A DNA stretch of 64,000 nt from Planctomycetaceae bacterium (GTDB lineage Bacteria > Planctomycetota > Planctomycetia > Pirellulales > Pirellulaceae), in the NCBI GenBank assembly GCA_024638965.1, contig JAHEJI010000288.1, forward strand, positions 2,995 to 66,994. The letters run 5' to 3'. The stretch's first letter is position 1; each line of letters begins with the position of its first letter. The notes below the pieces were generated by a model. That model made no database searches. It had not been told where the DNA came from and worked only from the letters and a program-made list of their open reading frames with translations. Position numbers and translations under genes: made by a program. This document shows, piece by piece, positions 38,150 to 47,300 of the stretch.

Positions 38150-38944
38150 TCAGACTGCCACGGCAGCCTTGATATGCGGGTGAGGATCGTAATCGAACAA
38201 GCGAATGTCGTCGAATGTGAAATCAAAAATCGACTCTACCTCTGGATTCAGTTCCACTCTTGGTAATGTTCGTGGCTCGCGAGTGAGTTGTAATTCGGCT
38301 TGTTCAAAATGATTCGAATACAAATGCGCGTCGCCGAGCGTAAGAATAAACTCGCCGCGTTTCAGGTTAGTCACCTGCGCGATCATGATTGTCAACAAAG
38401 CATACGAAGCAATATTGAATGGCACGCCCAGAAACACATCGGCACTGCGCTGATAAAGCTGGCACGACAGCCTGCCTTCCGCCACGTAAAATTGAAAAAA
38501 TGCGTGACAGGGCGGGAGTTTCATTTTTGGAATTTCGGTGACGTTCCAGGCGCTCACAATTAGCCGTCGCGAGTCTGGATTGGTCTTGATTTGCTCTACA
38601 ACCTGAGTGATCTGATCCACCGTCTGGTTATCGGATCCGCGCCAGGAACGCCATTGCGCACCATAAACAGGCCCGAGGTCTCCGTTTTCGTCTGCCCACT
38701 CGTCCCAGATGCTCACCCCATTTTCTTGGAGATATCGAATATTGGTGTCGCCTGTCAGAAACCATAAAAGCTCATGGGCAATCGACCGAATATGGAGTTT
38801 CTTGGTCGTGATCAGCGGAAACCGGTCCGAGAGATCGAAACGCATCTGGTGCCCAAAAAAGCTCTTGGTGCCTGTACCGGTTCGATCTGATTTTTCGACG
38901 CCATCGTCGAGGATTGTACGTAGCAGATTGAGGTATTGATTCAT
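38150..38944 (-). CDS. thyA: Thymidylate synthase
   Basis: [41 protein letters not shown]. Confidence 0.98.
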   Translation of the reverse strand: MNQYLNLLRTILDDGVEKSDRTGTGTKSFFGHQMRFDLSDRFPLITTKKLHIRSIAHELLWFLTGDTNIRYLQENGVSIWDEWADENGDLGPVYGAQWRSWRGSDNQTVDQITQVVEQIKTNPDSRRLIVSAWNVTEIPKMKLPPCHAFFQFYVAEGRLSCQLYQRSADVFLGVPFNIASYALLTIMIAQVTNLKRGEFILTLGDAHLYSNHFEQAELQLTREPRTLPRVELNPEVESIFDFTFDDIRLFDYDPHPHIKAAVAV

Positions 38945-39091
38945 AATCACTTTTTACGGCAGACAGAAGGCAAATTAAAGTAGGCTAAGTCGGCAAGTCG
39001 TCTTGCCCCCTGACTCAAGGCAGCAACTTCACCGCATTCGAAAAAACTACTTTACGGTATTTATGGTGCTCCGATCCCCTCAACCAAAATC

Positions 39092-39469
39092 GTGCGATTT
39101 TTGACAAGAAGGGGTCATTTTGGAACGGTTCAGTCGCAACAAGCTTCGGGCGCGATGACACTGTCGGCCGCACTTGTCGGTAAGATGGTGAACGGGGAGG
39201 CCTGGTATATCACTTACGGGAAGAATTCCGCGGCGTTTTTCGCCGCAGTGAAGGGTGCCGAACCATTTGCCAATTTGAAGGTGACCCTTGGACGCGGATC
39301 GGACATTAAGCAAATCACGATGATGCAAGCCGACAAAGTTGGTAACGCCCGCGTTACGATGTACTCATCCATTCCGGCAATTCAATCGAAAGACCTGATT
39401 GAAGTCTGGCATGGAAAGGAGTGTGTTGCTTCGGGCTATATGGAGGTGGTCGTGCCTGTCATTGATTAG
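39092..39469 (+). CDS. Hypothetical protein
   Basis: 125-aa ORF divergent from thyA with globular beta-rich composition; start uncertain (39092 GTG or 39155 ATG). Confidence 0.55.
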   Translation: MRFLTRRGHFGTVQSQQASGAMTLSAALVGKMVNGEAWYITYGKNSAAFFAAVKGAEPFANLKVTLGRGSDIKQITMMQADKVGNARVTMYSSIPAIQSKDLIEVWHGKECVASGYMEVVVPVID

Positions 39470-39529
39470 AACGACGACGCCATGTTCTCGTCTTACACAT
39501 GCCCGCCGGCAGGCCGTGTAATTTTACGT

Positions 39530-39730
39530 TCGGCTCCAACGGGCCGATCCTTCAGCCCAGGCTAACGTCCTGGGAAACCGAATCACCATCACAACTTCAA
39601 GGTCCCAAGGGGTCGTGCCTAGGCGCTTTCTAGGGCCGCCCCGTTCGGGGCTTGGTTTTGTTTTTCGAACATTTCCCAGGGCGTTGCCGGCGTTGCCCTG
39701 GGCTGACATAGGGCCGACCCTGCGGGCCTA
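39530..39730. repeat. REP/MITE-like palindromic cluster (cagcccagg...cccagggcgttgcc...gccctgggctg type)
   Basis: Several GC-rich hairpins with inverted cagcccagg/cctgggctg arms in an intergenic region. Confidence 0.6.
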
Positions 39731-40335
39731 CAAGTATTACGGGTCAAGTCCTTTACTACGGTGAGTGCGATTGGACGTTGCCCGCGCGACTAAACGATGC
39801 GCTTATGTCAATTTTAGTCTCCATAAACGATTTTCCAGAATGGGTTGATGACAGACAGCTTGCCAATTGTGAGGCTGCTCGAATTTCAAGCCAATCATGA
39901 GCCTCACCGTAATCGACATCGCCCGCAGACTCGTTAAGGCTTAGCAGGCCAAAATGACCGGATAGTGTCCAATGGGCTCATTTCAATCGCTAGCGCGTGT
40001 CGCTCGGACGTACGGCGGTCGTGGCGCTCTGATTGCCGGGTGAAACCGACAAAAAGACGCCCAACTTAAAAAACGCGCCCTGTTTGACGATTCTGCAGAT
40101 TTCCTAAGTCGACAATGGTGCAAAGTCGGAACAATCCGTATTCGAATAATTTGAATCAATTGCCTTCGTGGCGGACACCGAAAAGACACGTGTGAGTTAG
40201 CAAGGATGCTCTCAACATGGGTGCCCGGCACCGTAAGTCACGATTGCGTGACGTCTCAAAATTCGCAGAGCATTTCTACTTCTCCAGCAGCAAAAAGTCG
40301 TTTTGCATCCCCTGTTCGATTTGCGGGCAACGCTA

Positions 40336-41253
40336 ATGCCTAAGTTTTCGATCATCGTTCCCTACCTGGACGATGCCCAGCTCTTTGACGACACGCTTGC
40401 ATCTGTGCTGCGTTATCGTCCAGAAAATGCTCAAGTGATCGTCGCCCATGATGGGCTTTATGATGATCCACATCAGTTACTTCACGAAGTCGACTTCGCC
40501 GTGACCGCGCGGCGGGCACAGTTGATCCGACTGTTCAATATTGGTGTGAAAATTGCCCACGGAGATTTTGTGGCGCTGATTCGTCCTGGAATCGAACTTG
40601 ATGAAGGCTGGGAATTTCCGGTCCTTGACTGCTTCGAGTCCGAAAGAGTGGGTTCGGTTTCCCCAGTCATCACCTCGCCGCTGAAGCCTTCACGGATTGT
40701 GACGGCCGGGGTGAATAAGGAATTTGGTTATTGCCGGCAATTGGTGGCAATAAACTCGCCCGCTTCGCCCCGTCGGCTCAAACAAATCGGGCCACTCGGA
40801 CCCACCTCATGGGCGGCGTTTTATCGCAAGTCGGTACTCGACCAGGTTGGGTCCTGCGATGAAATTCTGGACCCGGTTTATCTGGATCTTGAATTGGCAT
40901 TGGCTTTTCATACGCTGGGTTATCGTTGCCAGTTCGAACCCGAATGCCAAGTCTCCATTGATCGTTCAACACCGATTCTGCGAGAAGCGTTGACGGCTCA
41001 CGGACGCTCTGCAGAAAGGGCCGTGCGTCGCCATTCCAAGGATAATTCGTTCGGTCGTACGTTGATGACGGTCACAGCCGAACTCATCCGTTCACCACTT
41101 CGACCGTGGTATCTGCAACACGCGTTGCAACGATTTGGTGCCGGGCGATTGGCCGAAATCGATCAACATTTTGCCGATAAAATGGCACAGAAAAATCGAC
41201 AGCGAAACTGGGAAGGTGAGCCAATTCATCAGACGCTTCGTCGCGCAGCGTAG
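40336..41253 (+). CDS. Glycosyltransferase family 2-like protein
   Basis: FSIIVP...TLASVL...VIVAHDG, FNIG, AAFYRK; canonical DxD looks degenerate. Confidence 0.75.
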   Translation: MPKFSIIVPYLDDAQLFDDTLASVLRYRPENAQVIVAHDGLYDDPHQLLHEVDFAVTARRAQLIRLFNIGVKIAHGDFVALIRPGIELDEGWEFPVLDCFESERVGSVSPVITSPLKPSRIVTAGVNKEFGYCRQLVAINSPASPRRLKQIGPLGPTSWAAFYRKSVLDQVGSCDEILDPVYLDLELALAFHTLGYRCQFEPECQVSIDRSTPILREALTAHGRSAERAVRRHSKDNSFGRTLMTVTAELIRSPLRPWYLQHALQRFGAGRLAEIDQHFADKMAQKNRQRNWEGEPIHQTLRRAA

Positions 41254-41281
41254 TCGGAAAGGCATCTTCTGTGCCCGAGAC

Positions 41282-41349
41282 TGTCCCGGACTCGGGCGCG
41301 GTGTCCCAGACTCGGGCGCGGTGTCTCAGCCTGGGACAGGCTGAGCTAC
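41282..41349. repeat. REP-like element with a 20-bp tandem duplication
   Basis: tgtcccRgactcgggcgcgg x2, then gtctcagcctgggacaggctgagctac. Confidence 0.7.
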
Positions 41350-41406
41350 CGTTATGACTCGAAGAGTCGTGCAAGTTTGTTCACCTGACGTCCATGACGA
41401 AAATGA

Positions 41407-42126
41407 TCACCAGTGTCTGGCCATTTGAATTCCAACTTCGATCGGGTGAGAGCCGGGCTTGACGTGCGTGTAAAAGAATCGGATCGTCTTCTTGTCGAGT
41501 TTACTGAGTCGGGACGTCGTCCCATACTCGCCTTTGGATTGGTCCTCATAAAAGACGCTATCTTCAAATCGCTTTGAATCGCCAGACAAACCCAGGCTTT
41601 GCGTAATTTCTTCCAGGACAAAATGGTGCAGCCTTCTTCCTCTGAGCTTGTCATGGGCAATCAGAATCGAGGCTTTTTGGATTTCGAAGCGGTTGTTCCA
41701 ACTCACATCGAAAAAGCCCATATTGCCGTCGACGTATCTTATTTCGTGCTCCTTCGCGACCGTCGGAAACTCCGATAATGCGACAAAGTAGACCTTGATG
41801 TGGGCATCCGTATTATTGGGCTCCAACAACTCGATTTGATATTGGTCTGGCAGGCATTCATTGATTTGTTTCACCACATTGGCGATGACGGTCGGATGGT
41901 GGCTGTCCGGCCCAAATGTCGACAGGGTTGGCGATTTGTTCCACCGGTTGGTTTGCCATTCGCCTTGCACCTTGAACTCATTATGGCAAATGACATCACT
42001 GACAAACCGGACGGTTTTCTGATCAAGTACCCCCTGAGCATTAGCCATCGCCATCGGAACCGCAAACCAGCCGAGCGTCGAATAGATTACAGTTCGCCAG
42101 TTTGCAATTGATCGTCTGGGCTGCAT
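41407..42126 (-). CDS. DUF2927-like exported protein
   Basis: RW.K, EEITQSLGL.GDS, SVFY, LSKLDK pattern; signal peptide. Confidence 0.7.
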   Translation of the reverse strand: MQPRRSIANWRTVIYSTLGWFAVPMAMANAQGVLDQKTVRFVSDVICHNEFKVQGEWQTNRWNKSPTLSTFGPDSHHPTVIANVVKQINECLPDQYQIELLEPNNTDAHIKVYFVALSEFPTVAKEHEIRYVDGNMGFFDVSWNNRFEIQKASILIAHDKLRGRRLHHFVLEEITQSLGLSGDSKRFEDSVFYEDQSKGEYGTTSRLSKLDKKTIRFFYTHVKPGSHPIEVGIQMARHW

Positions 42127-42266
42127 GATGTTGGTCCTTTTGCCTCGTGCGAGTTACAGGTTCGGCCGTTATAATGGGGCTGGGTTAATTCGCGTGCAAG
42201 TCAACATGTTTATAGCCTATCCTTGTCCAGAATGGAGAGGGAACTAATTTCACACGGTGGAGCTCA

Positions 42267-43544
42267 ATGTACCTACGTTTGACAAAACGAATGTTGCTGG
42301 AAACGGACAAGCGACTGCTTTGGAAACTCATGTGGAATATGGGATTCAAAGGCCTGCGTTCGGTCCAGGCGCATAAACGACGATTGCGCAAAGGTCAGTT
42401 TTTTCCACCCTATCTTTACATCTCAATTATCAACAGCTGTAATTTGCGTTGCCAAGGCTGTTGGGTCGATGTTGCCCACAAACAACACAAGATTGATGTG
42501 GAGGCTCTCAATCGAATGATCAACCAGGCCAAGAAAATGGGCAACTCCTTTTTTGGCCTGCTCGGGGGCGAACCCTTTATGCACAAAGGCCTGTTCGACG
42601 TTTTGGAAGCTCATCCAGATGCCTACTTTCAGGTTTTTACTAACGGACACTTTATCACCGACGAAGTTGCCAAACGATTACGCAAATGTGGCAACGTCAC
42701 ACCACTTGTGAGCGTCGAAGGAACTGAAATCATCAGTGACGAGCGGCGCGGGAAAAAAGGTGTTCTCTCGGCGACGATGGAAGGCTTGCAAAACTGTTTG
42801 AACAACAAGGTGATGACGGGGGTCTGTACGAGCCTGTGCCAGACAAACTTTGATGATTTGCTTCAAGAAAAATGGGTCGATCGCCTGATTGAAATGGGGG
42901 TGATGTACACCTGGTTTCATATTTATCGGCCGGTTGGCCCCGAATCGGTTCCCGCTCTTGCCTTAAGTCCTGCACAGCAACGAAAGGCGCGTCAGTTCGT
43001 TGTCGAGATGCGGTGTAAAAAGCCGATCATCATGATTGATGCCTATTACGACGCGGATGGAAACGCACTCTGCCCGGCGGCAACCGGGTTCACCCATCAC
43101 ATCAATCCTTGGGGAGACATTGAACCTTGCCCCATCATTCAGTTCGCGAAAGAATCGATTCACGACGAACGGCCGCTTGATCAAGTGTTCAATGAGTCCG
43201 AATTCCTGAGAGATTTTCGGCGTACCGCCGCGCAACATACCCGGGGCTGCATTGCACTTGAAAGGCCAGATTTGATTGACGATCTTGTCCATCGTCACGA
43301 CGCCAAAGACGCCACCGCCCGCAAAACGGCTTTGGCAGAACTTCGAGCGGCCACAACACATCCGTCCCAATACGCACCCGATATGACGCCTGTCCCCGAA
43401 AAAAGCTGGGCCTATCGGATTGCCAAAAAGATTGCGTTTCACGATTACGGAGTCTATACCGATCACTTCGAAGAATCCAACTGGGAAGATCCCCGGACAA
43501 GTTCACGAGCCCCGGATCCTGAACTTTATCAGATATCGAAGTAG
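42267..43544 (+). CDS. Radical SAM protein with twitch/SPASM-like C-terminal domain
   Basis: CNLRCQGC, GGEP, FTNG, CPAA...HINPWGDIEPCP, GC. Confidence 0.9.
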   Translation: MYLRLTKRMLLETDKRLLWKLMWNMGFKGLRSVQAHKRRLRKGQFFPPYLYISIINSCNLRCQGCWVDVAHKQHKIDVEALNRMINQAKKMGNSFFGLLGGEPFMHKGLFDVLEAHPDAYFQVFTNGHFITDEVAKRLRKCGNVTPLVSVEGTEIISDERRGKKGVLSATMEGLQNCLNNKVMTGVCTSLCQTNFDDLLQEKWVDRLIEMGVMYTWFHIYRPVGPESVPALALSPAQQRKARQFVVEMRCKKPIIMIDAYYDADGNALCPAATGFTHHINPWGDIEPCPIIQFAKESIHDERPLDQVFNESEFLRDFRRTAAQHTRGCIALERPDLIDDLVHRHDAKDATARKTALAELRAATTHPSQYAPDMTPVPEKSWAYRIAKKIAFHDYGVYTDHFEESNWEDPRTSSRAPDPELYQISK

Positions 43545-43568
43545 CCTCTACGTCGGAAAGATGCGGTC

Positions 43569-44240
43569 ATGGAAGTCTTGATTCCCATTCTCATTCTCGT
43601 GGGCGTGGCCGCGTTGATTGTCTCAATCATTCTCGCCGCCAAACATTTTGAAAAGAAGCGACGTGAAGCGCTTGAGTCGGCCGCCGAGGAAATGGGCCTT
43701 GCTTTTCTTCCCGATGGCGATCAAGCCATTCACGGCCAAGTCGCTTCATTTGGCCTTTTCAACTTGGGTCGCGCTCGCAAAATGACGAACCTGATCAGTG
43801 GCTCGACGGACGAGGTTCAGATCGCTTTGTTCGACTACAAATACGTGACCGGCAGCGGCAAACATCAGGCGACACACACGCAAACGGTTGCATCGCTTCA
43901 ATCCAATAAACTTCGCGTTCCCGTGTTCACAATGCGGGCGGAGAGTATGTTTGACAAAATCGGGAGTGCGTTGGGTTACCAAGACATCGATTTCGAATCA
44001 CACCCTGAGTTTTCGCGAATGTTCGTGCTCAAGGGTGAAAATGAACCACAAATTCGTGAATTCTTTAGCCCCGAAGTTTTGGAGTTCTTTGAAACGCAAA
44101 ATGGTACTTCCGTTGAAGCACGGCCCGGTGCGATCATCCTGTATCGGCCTGGAAGAAGGGTTAAACCGGATCAGATCAAAGACCTTTTGACTCAGGCCTA
44201 TGGCGTATTTGGCGTAATGGTCGACAAGAAAGAATCGTAG
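43569..44240 (+). CDS. Hypothetical membrane-anchored protein
   Basis: N-terminal TM helix; DIDFESHPEFSRMFVLKG. Confidence 0.75.
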   Translation: MEVLIPILILVGVAALIVSIILAAKHFEKKRREALESAAEEMGLAFLPDGDQAIHGQVASFGLFNLGRARKMTNLISGSTDEVQIALFDYKYVTGSGKHQATHTQTVASLQSNKLRVPVFTMRAESMFDKIGSALGYQDIDFESHPEFSRMFVLKGENEPQIREFFSPEVLEFFETQNGTSVEARPGAIILYRPGRRVKPDQIKDLLTQAYGVFGVMVDKKES

Positions 44241-44272
44241 CGGATAGTTGAGCCCCTCTCCGAGTCGTAAAC

Positions 44273-44330
44273 GTAGCTCAGCCTGTCCCAGGCTGAGACG
44301 CGACGTCCAAGTCTGGGACAGACTCGGCTA
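44273..44330. repeat. REP-like element; 44273-44299 is the exact inverted copy of 41323-41349
   Basis: gtagctcagcctgtcccaggctgagac (27/27). Confidence 0.75.
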
Positions 44331-45950
44331 CTGTAAACCAAAGGCTTCGAGAACCAACGTTTCGATTGTTTGCTCCCTTGGCGCGGTCGGTCGTTCAACT
44401 TGCTGTCTGACCAAAGCGACGATTCGTTTTCCGATCTGGGAATCGATCTCCGGCAACGGAAACTCTTTCACGTATTGCGTCATAAAACGGCGCCGACCCG
44501 CGTAAAGCTTGTTATGAAAAACCGTGTCGTAAAAGTTTGTGGCAACGCTCGAATTTGCCACGGCCAAAATCAAGTACAACCATTCCGGATCAACTCCGCT
44601 TCGCAATTTGATCCAATAGCAATCGCCATTCACGATCGCTCCTGAGTTATCGAGAAAAAAACGGGGCTCCTCTGAAATATCAGGCCAGACAATCTTGGGC
44701 CTAGCCCAGTCGACCGGCTGATGCGGCACCCAAATTTCATACCACGATCGACCTGAATCGGTCACATATTTCCTTGACTCAAGCCGCTCACGATACGACT
44801 CAAGATAACGAAACGATTTCGGATACTCGTCAGCGTTAACAACTGTGCGTTTGGCTTTTGTTAGATCGTAGGGGTAAAGCACTGACTTCGTCGTTCGTTC
44901 AATCGACCAGCGGGCAGCAGCGTGATGTGTAATCAAGGGGCGAATGAGTTGTGTCTCTGGTCGTTGTTCGCTGGAAATCGCATTCCAGTTGTCACGAATA
45001 AAGACTCCATCGGCCGTCGTCTTGATGCCGACCTTGATCTCTGCCAGTTCACCAAAGCTGTGGCTCCGTTTGGAGCGGATTTTTGCGAGCCACGATAGAC
45101 TATCTTCGTTCACTAACGACCAGATGTTTTTGTCATTGCTTGTCGGCAAACGTCCTCGTTCGATCTTAAACCGGCCCCGGCAAGTCTCGACCAGCTCGGA
45201 CTTGCCATCCGAAACCGCTTCAAGAATCGCGGCAGCAGCATCACCGGGGAACGCTGCCGATGCAGACGCCGATTCGACATAGACCCTCGTAAATTCGCAA
45301 CCTCCTTTTTTTTGGCAGGGATTTTTGACTGCAATCAGGACCGCCGGTAGCACGGCAGCTTCAAAAAGCTTGGTGTCGCCCAAATCAAAAATCGCCTTGA
45401 GCGAAAAATGTTCGCGAAGGAGACGGCGCATCGCGGCTCCCGTTTTGGTCGTCAGGAAACGATTGGACGTCAACAAACCCATCACACCTCCGGGTTTGAG
45501 AACCTGGCAAATCCGAGCCGTAAATGCCTGATACAAATCGACTCTTCCGCTCAGTCCAAATTCGGCTGCCAACTGTTGGGCTCGGTTGCCTCCCAATACC
45601 TGCGTCCGGACGTACGGTGGATTGGCAATGACCACGTCATACTGACGATTCAGTGCACACCTCAGAAAATCAGCCTGTTCAATCTCAATGTCGTAAGATT
45701 TCAACCGCTGGTACGTTTCGTCGATTGCGCCGGCGTCGCTGTCAAAGCCCATCACTCGGACTCGACCGGTTGCCGAAGGCCAGGCACGCAGCAGGGATTC
45801 CAGCAACTCACCGTCGCCACAAGCTGGATCCAGAACAATGATTTCACGTCCAGTCAATTCGAGAAACCGAACAGTTTGTTCGGCCAGGAACTGCGCAAGT
45901 CGAGGTGGCGTGTAATGAACTCCGTTTCTTTTTTTGAGTGCCGTATCCAT
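44328..45950 (-). CDS. N6-adenine DNA methyltransferase (gamma class, TaqI/Eco57I-like)
   Basis: GVHYTP, VLDPACGDG, IANPPYVR, DLYQAF; C-terminal PKIVWPDIS target-recognition region. Confidence 0.9.
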   Translation of the reverse strand: MDTALKKRNGVHYTPPRLAQFLAEQTVRFLELTGREIIVLDPACGDGELLESLLRAWPSATGRVRVMGFDSDAGAIDETYQRLKSYDIEIEQADFLRCALNRQYDVVIANPPYVRTQVLGGNRAQQLAAEFGLSGRVDLYQAFTARICQVLKPGGVMGLLTSNRFLTTKTGAAMRRLLREHFSLKAIFDLGDTKLFEAAVLPAVLIAVKNPCQKKGGCEFTRVYVESASASAAFPGDAAAAILEAVSDGKSELVETCRGRFKIERGRLPTSNDKNIWSLVNEDSLSWLAKIRSKRSHSFGELAEIKVGIKTTADGVFIRDNWNAISSEQRPETQLIRPLITHHAAARWSIERTTKSVLYPYDLTKAKRTVVNADEYPKSFRYLESYRERLESRKYVTDSGRSWYEIWVPHQPVDWARPKIVWPDISEEPRFFLDNSGAIVNGDCYWIKLRSGVDPEWLYLILAVANSSVATNFYDTVFHNKLYAGRRRFMTQYVKEFPLPEIDSQIGKRIVALVRQQVERPTAPREQTIETLVLEAFGLQ

Positions 45951-46013
45951 AACGTGTGGATTAAGAATTCAAGAATGGCATGTTGTGGTTTCCTCTCTCA
46001 TGCATTGATGATT

Positions 46014-47111
46014 CTAAATATCCAAATCGTTGAGTTCGTCGACTAAATCATCAAGGTCGTCTTTCGGCCTGTCCGTTCGATCTGCATGTCGCTTGGTGAT
46101 CCCAACTGTCATGCCGACGGCATCACGACCGACAGCAATGAGTTGTTCGTCCCTTTCGATTGCGGCGATTTCGGCGGCCGTCTTGCCTTCTGCGGGAGCA
46201 CCGAAAAGTTGCGACAGGTCAATCTTGAGACTCGCACCCACTTCGGCTGAACCTGCAATCGCTGGCGTCTTGTGCTGCGGGAACATGATTGCGTTTTCTG
46301 GACAGACGCGACTGCACGCCGGGCAACCCTTGCGGCAGTTGTCAGGCTGTTCAACCAAAATCGTGTCGATTCGATCGACACCATACACGCCAAACAGACA
46401 AAAATCGATACACTCCATGCAGTTGGTACAGCGACTGTAGTCAATGACGGGATACCAACGACGTCCACCCGAATCTTCAATACGATTTACCGTCGCCTTC
46501 TCAAGTCCGCTGCCGTCTGCAGCCAACGCGGTATCGTTGATCGGATTACCCATCCTTGCGATCGCCGAACCATTACCGCCATGATTTCCGTGCATTGCAG
46601 GTTTAACTGGTTCGGCATTGACAATGTCGCCTAGACCAACGATTTGAACCGAGTTCTCTTGATGGATTCGTTTGACTTCGTCAATAAATTCGCCGGCTTT
46701 GTTTGAGATTTTCAAATCGAGACAGTAGATTTTTCGATTTGGAATGTCGCGAGAATCGATCACTCGTGGCTTTTCATCGTCTTCCTTGTCGTCATCTTCC
46801 TGTTGCTCATCATCGTCTTCCTCTTCGTTGACCAGCAGAACTGATCCGACGTGGCCATGAATTCCATTCCTGTCCAAAACCCAATGGGCCGCACGTTCGA
46901 ACAGCCACGAGATAACAATCATGTTGCCGCTAATACCTTGCAGCGCGAGCATACCGGTGCCGTCCGGTTTGATGTCGTACAGATTCGGGACCACCGTCAC
47001 ATCGATCCCGGACTCGAACAGCAAACCTGCCACGATGTCTTCTTCGAGCTTTCGCTTGGCCGGGTTCTTACTCGGACTTTGCGAAACAACAACTGAGATT
47101 CTTTTTGCCAT
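46014..47111 (-). CDS. 2x[4Fe-4S] ferredoxin-domain protein with uncharacterised N-terminal domain
   Basis: CTNCMECIDFC and CRKGCPACSRVCP; acidic linker EEEDDDEQQEDDDKEDDEK. Confidence 0.85.
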   Translation of the reverse strand: MAKRISVVVSQSPSKNPAKRKLEEDIVAGLLFESGIDVTVVPNLYDIKPDGTGMLALQGISGNMIVISWLFERAAHWVLDRNGIHGHVGSVLLVNEEEDDDEQQEDDDKEDDEKPRVIDSRDIPNRKIYCLDLKISNKAGEFIDEVKRIHQENSVQIVGLGDIVNAEPVKPAMHGNHGGNGSAIARMGNPINDTALAADGSGLEKATVNRIEDSGGRRWYPVIDYSRCTNCMECIDFCLFGVYGVDRIDTILVEQPDNCRKGCPACSRVCPENAIMFPQHKTPAIAGSAEVGASLKIDLSQLFGAPAEGKTAAEIAAIERDEQLIAVGRDAVGMTVGITKRHADRTDRPKDDLDDLVDELNDLDI

Positions 47112-47193
47112 AATTCAATGCCTTTAAAGCTGACAATGCCATCTTAGCAAAAAAAACCCCACCGCGGACGAAATCCGAAGTTGTGCGCGCACG

Positions 47194-47226
47194 AAAAAGC
47201 CTGACTTTGATTTGTCAGGCTTTGTT
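47194..47226. terminator. Intrinsic terminator downstream of the PKD gene
   Basis: aaaaagcctgac-tttgattt-gtcaggcttt. Confidence 0.65.
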
Positions 47227-47300
47227 GGGTTTTTAACTTTGCAAAAAATCTCGTATTTCGGCTTGGTTGGGTATCATCCAAAAACGCCTGAAACCCGCGA

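Noticed and set aside
41282-41349. Mini-CRISPR
   Set aside because: Two adjacent 20-bp units with no spacers, part of a REP family.
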